Below are positions 26,313 through 40,240 of a stretch of DNA of 64,000 nt, one piece after another (the stretch's first letter is position 1; every line of letters starts with the position of its first letter). The DNA is from Octopus bimaculoides (lineage: Eukaryota), in the NCBI RefSeq assembly GCF_001194135.2, contig NC_068997.1, positions 1,362,559 to 1,426,558 on the forward strand, read 5' to 3'. The notes under the pieces were generated by a model. It was not told the origin of the DNA. It did no database searches and saw nothing but the letters and a program-made list of their open reading frames with translations. Both the position numbers and the translations under genes were made by a program.

Positions 26313-27277
26313 TGTATGTATATATAGGTAAGCATTCACACTCAGCTAAACAACACCCTGCATAAAATATTTCCTCACATGTCTAACGTATGTTCCGTTA
26401 GAGAAATAACAAGAATGCACATACACGCGCGCGCACACACACACACGCACACACACACACCCAACAAGCACAAATAAACTATGTCACATACACATATAAA
26501 TAGATTATGCAACACACATTCACATACAGTGATAAAAAAAATTCTGTTTGCGTTTGTTTTTGATTGAAAAGATAAACACAATTTAAATTCTGCTTGCAAC
26601 AAAACAAAAAATACATTCATTCCAAAATTAATAAATATAAAATAATAAATAAGTATATAATAATCAGTAAATATATATATATAGTAAATAAATGTATATA
26701 TAATATATAAGTATGTATATATATATAATAAAATAAATATGTACAGTTAAATACAATTCGAACACGGTATATATATTTATATATAGCGTGTATATTATCA
26801 TGTTATAAGTGAAATGATATCGTGATACATATAATTTGAAATGTCATTTAGGTTAAGAAGCAGTACAACGAAAGAGCACAAGAAGACAACAGTAACGTCT
26901 ATTTAGCAAGGCTGCTGATGAAGAGGTGTGCATATGGCCTCTAAGCCTCTAAATCACGTCATAAGTTTCCATTTTGTTGTCAACAATCTATTGTATAAAG
27001 CTTTAGATGTAGAAAATCTATAGGAAGCTTTAAAACTTTACGAAGAATATATTTGCAAAAAGAAAAACAATTTTCTCTGAAAGCCAAGAATGTAGACTTC
27101 ACAATCAATAAATAGTCAATAAATAGAAAATAATGAAACAGGAACAGAGAAATATAAAACATCTAAAGAACTAATGCAATTCAGTAATTTAACATGAGTA
27201 TCTTAGAACTGATATTTTGGAATAATATTATATAATGATTCGTCTTGTCGGAAAGCAAAATTTGAGCAGGCATTATG

Positions 27278-27391
<114 letters not shown>

Positions 27392-28585
27392 TGTGTGTGT
27401 GTATGTGTGTGTAAGTGTGCGTGTAAGTGCGTGCGCACATATGCGTAAATACACATTTAGACTAGCAGAAATAAATGTATCATCTGTAAGAGCTGAGATA
27501 AAAAAAACAAACAAAAAGCAACGATCTTTCAAACTAACCGTATTAGCAATCAGAAGAGAATAAATCACCAAAATTTAATTTAATGATATTCGTCTTCCTT
27601 TTATTTCTGTTGTCAGCATAAGCTTTTCTGTTCTTACTTCCGTTCATTCCCACCTATAGAATTCTTGGTAATTTAAACCCTCTCCAACTTCCATGACCTC
27701 ACGGCTTCCCCTCCAGTTTTTATTTCACTTTGCGTTCACTTTGCTGTAGAAGGAGAGAGCAGTTGTCTGTATCTTTGTTAATATGTGATAATATCGTACA
27801 GTAGTGGGAGAAACTTATGAGCACACATGGCGTACTGTGTATTATAATTGCGATTAACTCGACTCGAATTCAAGAAGTACTGATTCAGCACACGAGAGTG
27901 GAGTTAACAAAAAACTGTATCCAGAGAATTGTTTGAAGATTGTACAAAATGTGGTAAATGTAATTGTATCATCATATAACCAGTAAAGCTTTGTTCATCC
28001 ATTTTACTATCGCTTGATTCCATTCCACTGGCATTAAACAACTGCTAATGCATCAGTGACACCGCACTGACACATCTGCACCCCTTCACCTCACTTCCCA
28101 CACCGTATTATCACTTTATTTCCACTCTTTGTTAAGTTAGTACCTGACAATAAAAATTATCTCCCTTCCTAGATACAAGTCGCACCGACGGAATGTTGAC
28201 ACAATTACACCTGCGATAAGTTGTAGACTGTTGAAACGATCGCATGTAACTACAATACATACATACACACGCATACATACACGCATACATACACATACAT
28301 ATAAAGTTAAGCATATTTTAAAGCAACCTTAAGAATTACCAATATAACATTTACGGTGGTTGGATGCTTAATACTGAATGTAGATTCAAATTTTTTGTAA
28401 AATTCTTGTTGACGGGGAACGTTCAGTTTCGCCAGACGGCTTTTTCAGCCAGTGGTTCAACAGATTGTCGAGAGAAAATTAAAGTTCTATCAACACGTAT
28501 GTATGTATGTATGTATGTATGTATGCGTGTATGTATGTATGTATGTATGTATGTATGTATGTATGTATGTATGCATGTATGTATG

Positions 28586-28616
<31 letters not shown>

Positions 28617-29357
28617 NNNNNNNNNNNNNNNNNNNNNNNNNNNNNNNNNNNNNNNNNNNNNNNNNNNNNNNNNNNNNNNNNNNNNNNNNNNNNNNNNNNN
28701 NNNNNNNNNNNNNNNNNNNNNNNNNNNNNNNNNNNNNNNNNNNNNNNNNNNNNNNNNNNNNNNNNNNNNNNNNNNNNNNNNNNNNNNNNNNNNNNNNNNN
28801 NNNNNNNNNNNNNNNNNNNNNNNNNNNNNNNNNNNNNNNNNNNNNNNNNNNNNNNNNNNNNNNNNNNNNNNNNNNNNNNNNNNNNNNNNNNNNNNNNNNN
28901 NNNNNNNNNNNNNNNNNNNNNNNNNNNNNNNNNNNNNNNNNNNNNNNNNNNNNNNNNNNNNNNNNNNNNNNNNNNNNNNNNNNNNNNNNNNNNNNNNNNN
29001 NNNNNNNNNNNNNNNNNNNNNNNNNNNNNNNNNNNNNNNNNNNNNNNNNNNNNNNNNNNNNNNNNNNNNNNNNNNNNNNNNNNNNNNNNNNNNNNNNNNN
29101 NNNNNNNNNNNNNNNNNNNNNNNNNNNNNNNNNNNNNNNNNNNNNNNNNNNNNNNNNNNNNNNNNNNNNNNNNNNNNNNNNNNNNNNNNNNNNNNNNNNN
29201 NNNNNNNNNNNNNNNNNNNNNNNNNNNNNNNNNNNNNNNNNNNNNNNNNNNNNNNNNNNNNNNNNNNNNNNNNNNNNNNNNNNNNNNNNNNNNNNNNNNN
29301 NNNNNNNNNNNNNNNNNNNNNNNNNNNNNNNNNNNNNNNNNNNNNNNNNNNNNNNNN

Positions 29358-29683
29358 CAGCCTGCTCGTGAAATTAACGTACAAGTAGCTGAGCACTCCA
29401 CAGACACGTGTACCTTTAACGTAGTTCTCGGGGATATTCAGCGTGACACAGTGTGACAAGGCTGACCCTTTAAATTACAGGCACAACAGAAACAGAAAGT
29501 ATGAGTGAGAGAAAGTTGTGCTGAAAGAGTACAGCAGGGTTCGCCACCATCCCCTGCCGGAACCTCGTCGAGCTTTAGGTGTTTTACGCTCAATAAACAC
29601 TCACAACGCCCGGCCTGGGAATCGAAACCGCGTTCCTATGACCGGGAGTCCGCTGCCCTAACCACTGGGCCATTGCGCCTCCA
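29358..29683 (-). mobile_element. tRNA-derived SINE (family A); 3' end lost in gap
   Basis: Reverse complement of the 21348-21710 element (ccattgcgcctcca head, ctgagcactccacagacacgtg body). Confidence 0.9.
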
Positions 29684-30534
29684 CCGATGAAGGGGCACGT
29701 GTATCCATAACGTAATTCCTACGGAGAATCGACGTGACAGCGCATACACGTCTGGTTTCTTGATTTCTATGCAGGGTCCAACCCAGTCTATATGTATGGC
29801 TGTTATGAGTCATACACATATAATATATATTGCATAGAACACATGCTAAATAAGCTTGTGGAACATTTGGAACATTTGGAACATTTGATGCTGGTAGAAA
29901 GTTAATTAAGCGCTAACGTTATTTGATGCATCAGGCTTGGAATCGAAAAATAGCAACAAAAATAATCAAATCGATTTTTACTATACGGAACATATAGAAG
30001 GAATTTACAATGTGTAATTACTTTAATAATTAAACTAAAAAAAAGCATGAAGTGCAATTTTATTAATGAAGCTAGCAAGTTAGGCTGAGTTGAATGGAAT
30101 GTGTTTCTGAATATTTCTGTCTAGTTCTTGAAGAAATGTGAGCGAGACGAGAAGTAAATTTTTGGGAAGAAACAAAAATATAATTTCCATTGAAGTTTAA
30201 ATGAAGACAACTGTAATCTAGTTACTATGAATAAAATATACAATTGTCTTTCATGATGGTACGATCGAAAAAGAGCTGCCAAAAAAGGGAATAATTTGTA
30301 TATAAATTAAATTAGAAACCAGACGAAAGCGAAAAAAAAAAAAAGAAACATCTTAAAAATTGTTTTGGTCTGGTGGAAGGAATGTCCTGTGGCATAAGCC
30401 CATAGCCTTCGTGAACCAACCGAGATCGTTGAAATTGATGTGTNNNNNNNNNNTATACATATATGTATATATATATATATATGTATGTATGTATGTATAT
30501 ATATGTATATATATATACAGATACATACATATAA

Positions 30535-30582
<48 letters not shown>

Positions 30583-31086
30583 AAATCTTGCTTAAATGCT
30601 TTCATTTGAAGTACGTTATGTACAGACGTGAAATATGTTGTCGAGATCCTGAGGCGCAAAGAACATTTTGTATTGAATCGATGTATAAGTCCATTCAATG
30701 GATTTATACTTTTAATCTATTGATCAGACCAAAGAAAGGTGGGTGGAATGGAATATTATATAGATAGGGTGGGAATGAAGGAAGGAAAAAGAGAGGAGAA
30801 AATATGATATAACAAGTGGACAGTGCCAAGGCGATATAAATACGGTTCGAATCAAAATGTGATCTTTTAACCCAATGAGTATATATCAATGAGTACTTGC
30901 ACACTAGACATAAAATTTATCGAAACCAATCAATTTAACCAGATTGTCTGCTGTCTTAGAATGTCACCAAATTGATTTTTAAACTATTTTTATATTTTTT
31001 CAACCTGACCATACAGAAGTCCCTATACACAAGAAATTGTTAAGAAAAACTTGAATAAAGGGCCCTACTCTTTTATAAGATGTGAA

Positions 31087-31245
31087 ATGAAAACACTTAG
31101 CACGCGTGTTCTACTTATTTTATCGACCCTGAATGGATTAAATGTAAAATCGACCTCGGCGAAGGTTGAACTCAGAGCGGAAAGTCGGAAGAACTGCTGC
31201 ACAACATTTTTCCCGACGCGATATCCATTCTGCTAGATTGCCAGC
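31087..31245 (-). mobile_element. Decayed SINE family C copy
   Basis: cttattttatcgaccctgaa...aaatcgacctcggcgaaggttgaactcagagcg. Confidence 0.7.
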
Positions 31246-31846
31246 TTAATGTAATACTGAAATAATGAATATATTTTTAATTGCGATGTAACAAAGGTAA
31301 AGAGTTCTCGATGATATGACAAGTAGAACTGAGGTGTCAGCTAGTCAGAAGTGATAAGTAGCCCAAATGTGATAGAAAAGTTAAAACAAATTTACCACGA
31401 ATAACTCCATGTAAAAAATCATCGTGTAAGCTTGTCGTTTAAATCTTCAACATTTTTTTATCAGCGTTGTGTTACTGCAATAAATCAACTTGGCTCAAAC
31501 CATTACATTTTAAGTCAAACATTTAATATAAAGGTAACGAAATTATCACTCAACAATCGGTAACTCCGCTGTCATCAAATGTCATATATGCACATATCTG
31601 GGGTATCAGTGCGATAGTCTATAATAATGAACGTTATTTGGTTTCACAGTAAGATATATTAATTATAAGAGCTTGTATCGCCATGAGTTGCGATAACTGT
31701 AACAGGGTGAATGAGGCCTTTCAGAGAAATTAAGATTAATTGTGCAATAAGCTACTAAGGTACCTATACAGCTCAATCAAGTAATTCATGTATGTATGTA
31801 TGTATGTATGTATGTATGTACGTATGTATGTATGTATCTATCTATC

Positions 31847-31900
<54 letters not shown>

Positions 31901-34439
31901 GCTAAACCAACAGAAAACTTTAAATTACTGCGTGGAAGCCTGTCCGTGGGGCAGCTTTAACTGAATTTGCTCTGCTGTACTTGTCTCGAAGGCTTTCACG
32001 TGGATTAAAAAATGACTGTCCTCGTTTGACTAAATAATTTAGTAAAAAAAAAACAAAAATAAAGCTGGGGAGTGTCTCATGTGTTTTCCAATAGATTTAA
32101 CAGAAATTGTATCAATTATATATTGAAAGCTTTTGCCTGTTCAGCATAGGAAGCTAGCATTTACGTTGGCGGTTATATCCTTCCAAATGTAACCTATTAA
32201 CAATAAAAAGTAAATATATTTGGCAATTAACAATATAATCTTTATATGGCATTGGCTGTAATTTACAGTTTTAGGTCGGTTTAGCATAAAGATTAATCAA
32301 ATAAATAACTCGAGTGAGCTCGATGGAGACATCTTTGTGGTGTTTCTTAAAATTTTTCATAAATAACAATGAATGCATACACCCACACCAGCACATCTGC
32401 ACAGACATAGAGACCCATCTACAGAACTTGGTGTGAATGCTTGTATGTGTGTTTAGGTGTCTCTATATATATAGAAGACACATATTTAATTGTATTATCG
32501 ATTATGAATTTGAAATATTGGAAATAATTACAGACTATGATATTTTCTATTTAGAATCGATACACATTTTACATACACATGCGCACCCGCACAGACTCAC
32601 AGTCTTGCACACACGCACGCAGACATACACACGAACATGTGATATGCATAGTTATATGTCTGTGTACAAACGTATCTAAATACACAGATACAAGTTTATG
32701 ATTGCATGGAAAGGAAATTTAATTCTTATATATGAACGGTATAGCGAGCAGAATAATGGGAGTGCCTTCGAGAAATCAATACTTAGATACATGCAGGTAT
32801 GTACACATGTACACACACAAACGCACACACACACACACACACACACAAAACAGACACACACACACAGACATACATCGATACACATACACAAACATATACA
32901 GACAGGCATAAATACACGCCACTTATTGATAAACATACTTATCTTCTCAAATCACTTAAGAGTTCCAAATTACCAGCACAAACCTTGAACCTCTGGTCAA
33001 TAGAGCAACCTCACATCATAGGTCACATCTCGCATGCATGTAAAAAGAGAAATACCACATGCGATACATGTGATATGTATGTGATAGGCATGTATGTACA
33101 TATCTGTATATGCAAATGTACTCTAACCAGCTTCTTGTCCCCTAGAAATAATAACTTCTCAGTTTCCAATTTAATAATACCCCCTTACTTTTGTTACATT
33201 TTAGAATCTCCTACATACATACATACATAAATACATGCATGGACACACACACACACATATCAAGAAATTGCCGAACCCTCAGACGTCATCTAACGACGGG
33301 AGAGTTCATGATTATATNNNNNNNNNNNNNNNNNNNNNNNNNNNNNNNNNNNNNNNNNNNNNNNNNNNNNNNNNNNNNNNNNNNNNNNNNNNNNNNNNNN
33401 NNNNNNNNNNNNNNNNNNNNNNNNNNNNNNNNNNNNNNNNNNNNNNNNNNNNNNNNNNNNNNNNNNNNNNNNNNNNNNNNNNNNNNNNNNNNNNNNNNNN
33501 NNNNNNNNNNNNNNNNNNNNNNNNNNNNNNNNNNNNNNNNNNNNNNNNNNNNNNNNATATATATATATATATATATACACACACATATACATATATACAT
33601 ATATATATGCATGCATGTATATATGTGTGTTAGTGAGTGCGTGTGTCTTATTTTTGCCCACTCTTATTCCCTCCTCCCATACGTTTGGATAACACTAATC
33701 TTTAAATGTTTTTTTTTTATTAATAACCAACTTATAATTAACTCCTGATTACCTTCAATTTGCCAGCCTTTATGTTAATCGCTGTCCAGTTTCCCACTTT
33801 TCTGACCACACCATCCCATATTATAAAATCTTTTTCTTCGCTGTATTACTCTCCACACCTTTATTCTTCGATTTTTCTTCTCCTCCCTCTCTTTATCTCA
33901 TCTTCTCCCGTACAACTCCTAATCTATTCGATATCGTCATTAAGGAACAGAAAGCTAATCACATATTGACAAATATTCCTACACGAAACGTTAGGCTTTT
34001 TCACTTCTTTCCTACCTTACCTTTTTTTCTGATATCACACTATACTACGGAACGACGCATTAAAAAATGTAGTCCTGCGTACATTATATTTGAAGTAAAA
34101 GATGGGATAGTTAGGGCCGGATCGCCCTTTTTCTAAGGTATGGTGTGTTAGGGCCCACTTGTACCAAAACAATGACTTACTACAGAAATACGAAGTTATT
34201 ATAAATATTTTTATTTCATAAAACCTCTCTTTATTGACAAACCTATTTCTGGTAGAGTTACTATCCTCCTTGTCCATTCATCTCTGTTTTATTCCTCTGT
34301 TGGTTTCAGTCATCAGATTGTGCCCATGCTAGAGTTCTTGGTGATCATTTTGTATTTACTACTTCTTTCAGTACAGAATTTGTTTTATCGTTCTCTGCAT
34401 ATCGAATGGCTCACGTTTATAATTTGCATTCTATTATAT

Positions 34440-34567
34440 AATACGCGCGCATTCGCATATTCCCAAAGGCATGATGCCCAATATTCTGTGTTCAAATCTC
34501 GCCGCAATCAACCTCACCTTTCATGTTTTTGGAGTCGATAAAATAACGTACCAGTAATGTATTGAGG
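34440..34567 (+). mobile_element. Decayed SINE family C copy
   Basis: ttctgtgttcaaatctcgccgcaatcaacctcacctttcatgtttttggagtcgataaaataacgtaccagt. Confidence 0.65.
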
Positions 34568-34937
34568 TTAGTTTTAAAAATTCCATCATTTTCTCTAAGC
34601 CACGTCTTGGTTATCTTTTCATTTCTGAACAATTTTTAATCAAGTGACACTTATTTCAGTTTTCTCAAGTATGCACTGAAGAGAAGTTCTACTGAAGCTG
34701 ATTTGTATCGATCTATTGATAACATCCAGTGAAGTTTGACGAACCAAACATTCGATATTCAACAAGTAACAATTTACCTTCAAATTAAACAAGTTTTGCC
34801 ATTGAAAAACTGAATTAAATATTTAACGTGTTAGAAATATTTTCAACGATTAATCAAGCATCTAATATATTAATAAGCTCAGAGTCTCTCAGCTTCAGAG
34901 AAGCGTGTAATCGATCATATCGATTCAAATGTTTGAC

Positions 34938-35010
34938 TGGTAGTATATTTTTTCGATTGTAGGAAGATGAAAGGCAAAGTTGACCTCATTAGGATTTGAA
35001 CTTAGAACAT
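34938..35010 (-). mobile_element. SINE family C fragment
   Basis: gatgaaaggcaaagttgacctc...ggatttgaacttagaac. Confidence 0.6.
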
Positions 35011-36317
35011 AACTTTTAAATACAGCTTAAATACTCTTAGGTGTCACTCAAACGCAGAAAGCCAGTCTACCCCACCCCACCTGCATTAAAACATGCTTCA
35101 ACAGATTTCACTAATTAGCAGCTGTGCGAGGGTAAATGACCGAAAAACCATATCAGCTGCCGAGTAGGATCCAACGGGCATAGAATTTCTTTGAAACACG
35201 ACTGCAATATTGGATGTAATAGAGATAGACGTTTATATTTATAATGTATCGATAAACTCTACTATAAATGATTCCCTTTTATCGAAGCTAATTACCCAAT
35301 ATTCTACTCAAAGAACAGACAGATTGTCTCGTCAATATCATTTGTGGCTATAATGGTGGACTATCACACCATACGGCATTGCTCAGACAATTTCTAATTC
35401 ATAAACTTAATTAATAGTATCTTGAAATTGCTAATTACATCTATAAATTGAATCACATCTTAGAACTGGCTTTAAGACCTAGAGATATTGTGGCATATGA
35501 AGAGTAGGCGGAGAAATTGATGATATTATGTTCTCACATACCCTCTCTCTTTCAACACAGACAAGTACACAGAGCACAGAGACTTACACACATACATACA
35601 CACCATGTGTATGTATATATATATGCATATATATATATATATATANNNNNNNNNNNNNNNNNNNNNNNNNNNNNNNNNNNNNNNNNNNNNNNNNNNNNNN
35701 NNNNNNNNNNNNNNNNNNNNNNNNNNNNNNNNNNNNNNNNNNNNNNNNNNNNNNNNNNNNNNNNNNNNNNNNNNNNNNNNNNNNNNNNNNNNNNNNNNNN
35801 NNNNNNNNNNNNNNNNNNNNNNNNNNNNNNNNNNNNNNNNNNNNNNNNNNNNNNNNNNNNNNNNNNNNNNNNNNNNNNNNNNNNNNNNNNNNNNNNNNNN
35901 NNNNNNNNNNNNNNNNNNNNNNNNNNNNNNNNNNNNNNNNNNNNNNNNNNNNNNNNNNNNNNNNNNNNNNNNNNNNNNNNNNNNNNNNNNNNNNNNNNNN
36001 NNNNNNNNNNNNNNNNNNNNNNNNNNNNNNNNNNNNNNNATATATATGATATGTGGGTATACTTATGAATTTCGCTGTGGATTACTTGAAATGTAGTTAG
36101 GGACGAGGGCAGTAAGAAAGATATTTCATGGAATATGGAGAGAAGATTGCGAATAAGCGTTCGTAATTCTCTGACTGGAATATTCAAAGGTCTGATAAAT
36201 ATGTAATTAGAACAATATTTACAATACAGAATGTAAATATACCAGTTAAAATAGGAATAACGAAACAATGTTGTGTTCCATAATTACTTAATTGGAGCAT
36301 TGTGTATTTGTGTGTGT

Positions 36318-36350
<33 letters not shown>

Positions 36351-36582
36351 TTTATGTGTGTGTGTGTGGTGGGGTGAATTTAGATATAAACAAAATAATC
36401 GATCATACAGAGTAAAATATAGAGTTCAATACTGAATGTCGGACCAAAAGAATGTTTAATGTCAATGACGCTTACTGTGATCTATATCCGACCCCGGCTT
36501 CCGATAACGGTCTGTTTTGGGTAGTTAGTATCCGCTATACTTTCCAGGAAATTTTCATTATTATCAACACATACACACACAC

Positions 36583-36613
<31 letters not shown>

Positions 36614-37353
36614 NNNNNNNNNNNNNNNNNNNNNNNNNNNNNNNNNNNNNNNNNNNNNNNNNNNNNNNNNNNNNNNNNNNNNNNNNNNNNNNNNNNNNNN
36701 NNNNNNNNNNNNNNNNNNNNNNNNNNNNNNNNNNNNNNNNNNNNNNNNNNNNNNNNNNNNNNNNNNNNNNNNNNNNNNNNNNNNNNNNNNNNNNNNNNNN
36801 NNNNNNNNNNNNNNNNNNNNNNNNNNNNNNNNNNNNNNNNNNNNNNNNNNNNNNNNNNNNNNNNNNNNNNNNNNNNNNNNNNNNNNNNNNNNNNNNNNNN
36901 NNNNNNNNNNNNNNNNNNNNNNNNNNNNNNNNNNNNNNNNNNNNNNNNNNNNNNNNNNNNNNNNNNNNNNNNNNNNNNNNNNNNNNNNNNNNNNNNNNNN
37001 NNNNNNNNNNNNNNNNNNNNNNNNNNNNNNNNNNNNNNNNNNNNNNNNNNNNNNNNNNNNNNNNNNNNNNNNNNNNNNNNNNNNNNNNNNNNNNNNNNNN
37101 NNNNNNNNNNNNNNNNNNNNNNNNNNNNNNNNNNNNNNNNNNNNNNNNNNNNNNNNNNNNNNNNNNNNNNNNNNNNNNNNNNNNNNNNNNNNNNNNNNNN
37201 NNNNNNNNNNNNNNNNNNNNNNNNNNNNNNNNNNNNNNNNNNNNNNNNNNNNNNNNNNNNNNATATATATGTGTGTGTGTGTGTGTGTATATATATATAC
37301 ATATATACATATATATATATATATACATACATATATATATATGTATATATATT

Positions 37354-37782
37354 AAGATAAAATTAAACAGAGAGATACAATTGACAATCCAATAATTTAT
37401 TTATTTTATAATATAACATAGTATGAGATAACATATAGAATTATTATCACATGAAAAGGCCAACAGTTTGTTTCGACTTAAATTGTTTCGACGAAATTCT
37501 GTGTGAATGGACGGCTGGATACTTTTACAATCCAGCCGTCTTTTCACATGGAATTTCGTCTATCTTTAAACTCTGGCTCTGATGAAGCTTACATATATGG
37601 GAATTGTTTATATATTAAAAAAATGTATATATAAATCGCAACAAATTGTTGGCCTTCTGATGTTTTAACAATTGTTTATGCTATGTTATATTATGTCATA
37701 TTATGTTCATAGCTTATTATGTTATATTATAATATAAATAAATTATTGGACTGTCAATTGTATCTCTAATTAGTTTTATCTT
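37354..37782. mobile_element. Foldback/MITE-like element with long imperfect inverted arms and an internal hairpin
   Basis: 37371-37401 versus the reverse complement of 37737-37767 match at 30/31. 37456-37481 versus 37631-37656 match at about 22/26. Internal 31-bp stem at 37490-37560. Confidence 0.75.
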
Positions 37783-38355
37783 TGTAATTTCCATTATACC
37801 CATAATTATATGATATTCAACTGACGTACTAGTGAATTGAATGTTTCGCATACTCCTTTGAAGGAATTATTTTCCTTAGTTTGTTAATTTATATATATAT
37901 ATATATATATATATNNNNNNNNNNNNNNNNNNNNNNNNNNNNNNNNNNNNNNNNNNNNNNNNNNNNNNNNNNNNNNNNNNNNNNNNNNNNNNNNNNNNNN
38001 NNNNNNNNNNNNNNNNNNNNNNNNNNNNNNNNNNNNNNNNNNNNNNNNNNNNNNNNNNNNNNNNNNNNNNNNNNNNNNNNNNNNNNNNNNNNNNNNNNNN
38101 NNNNNNNNNNNNNNNNNNNNNNNNNNNNNNNNNNNNNNNNNNNNNNNNNNNNNNNNNNNNNNNNNNNNNNNNNNNNNNNNNNNNNNNNNNNNNNNNNNNN
38201 NNNNNNNNNNNNNNNNNNNNNNNNNNNNNNNNNNNNNNNNNNNNNNNNNNNNNNNNNNNNNNNNNNNNNNNNNNNNNNNNNNNNNNNNNNNNNNNNNNNN
38301 NNNNNNNNNNNNNNNNNNNNNNNNNNNNNNNNNNNNNNNNNNNNNNNNNNNNNNN

Positions 38356-38396
<41 letters not shown>

Positions 38397-40206
38397 ATCT
38401 ATATGTACATATTTGCACATGTATATCATTATTTTTTCCTTTTATTTTACTGTGTTCACAAATAATACACGGACAAAACGTGATAGTAATTACAATAACA
38501 AGGACAGATCTTAAAATATCTGATGAATATTAACATGTTTTACTAATATTTTTTGGATACTATTAATTTTGAGCAAAGTATGAATGTACATTGTATGAAG
38601 ATATCGGAAGACAACTTCACCGTATTGTTGTTTGGCTGGAAAGAAACACAATACACGGAATACATGTAGTAAATAGAAAGCACCACAAATGCCTTGGCAT
38701 TTACACGCATTCATACACAGACATACGTAAGATATATTATACAATAATTTACAACAATAGTCGACAGTAACAACCATCTCTAACGGAAATACATATATGC
38801 ATACATACAATATTACACACTTATAGACATTTATACATATACATAAGAGTGTATGTATGTATATATTCAGCTGATTAAAAATATGGGCAAAATTTCAAAC
38901 TTTCTCTAAATTCTTTACTTCATGATTTTTAAGTTTTCGATAAAAATAAAATATAGATTGTCATTATCAATAATGACTTATATGATTATCTGTTAAAATA
39001 TTTTGTAGATCATTTTAGAATTCTGAATAACCGACGAATAATCATAAAATATTATTTCGCTTTTGTAAAAATAAAGTATTTTGTTGAATATAGAATTGAT
39101 TTTATTTAAACTAACTAATATTGCCTAACTGGAAGATTTTTATGTTTTCATTTATAGTTTCTAAATGGAATAAATAGGTATGGAATTATATCTTGTCTAC
39201 AAATGTAGCAATATGAACAGTAGCTGCTATGAAGAATTCATTTAAAATAGTTCCATATGGCCTCAGAAATGCAGTTCCTTTGTTGCTTTTGTATTAAAAG
39301 TATGGAAATATGTATAAAATATTCCCAAATTTTCAAGTCGATGATCTATTTTGGAAATACAACTAAGATACTATATATATATAATTTGTTTTAATGAATT
39401 ATATATATATATATATATGTATGTATATATAATTTATTTTAATGAATTGAATGTATATTCGTTCAAATAGTATTTTTGTACGTGTTCTTTGTTAGGTGAT
39501 AACACGTGAATATAAACTGGACAGTTTTATCTCATGGAAGGAACTTCTGTTACATAGATTTGTATTATTATTTATTATTATTACTATCATTTATTTGAAC
39601 TTAACGAAAAAGCCCAGCATTCACTATGATTTATAGTTGGGTAAAACCGTGTTTATAATAATTGATAATGGATATAATGCGTGATAGCATAAATATATAA
39701 AAGAAATGTGAAAATGAACCAGGTAAATCTACCACAAATAATTACAACCCATGTTAGATTGTGTGACACACACAAATGAACCAAATAAACGAAGATATGA
39801 ACCACAGTGAATCGCCATAAAAATATATCAAGATATCTTGTTTCATATTTTCAGGAAAGGTAATGGCGATCCTTGCTTATTTGAAATATATAATGATCAA
39901 ATAAACAAAATATAATATTATTTGATAAAGTAGTATTAATTCCAGACTATTTTATACATTTACACAGAAGATATTTGATTTGTAGAATATTTCAACAATA
40001 GAAATAAACTTAAAAGTTGCTTATTTAACTTGATCTAAGATACTATTGATATTTTGAAGCGATCAAAAGAATGTTTGTAAACAAATATACTTATTAAATT
40101 GTCAATAAGTGTTAGTGTTAATATACTGAAAAATATCTATTTCTTTATTGGAATGCTAATCATAATTATTATATACAAAATAGTGATGCATACATATACA
40201 CATTCT

Positions 40207-40240
<34 letters not shown>

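Noticed and set aside
26905-26950. CTGATGA followed by a 5-bp stem (agagg/cctct), hammerhead-like
   Set aside because: The essential GAAA and helix III are absent; at most a decayed relic.
27455-27520. Strong-looking minus-strand acceptor (ttttttttatctcAG)
   Set aside because: Followed by microsatellite-derived sequence with no donor; likely chance in T-rich DNA.
28364-29459. Long ORFs of 300-500 aa in the track (also at 49355-50845, 36452-37360, 61225-61998 and others)
   Set aside because: They are mostly X residues from N gaps plus YI/HT/CV dipeptides from microsatellites; not coding evidence.
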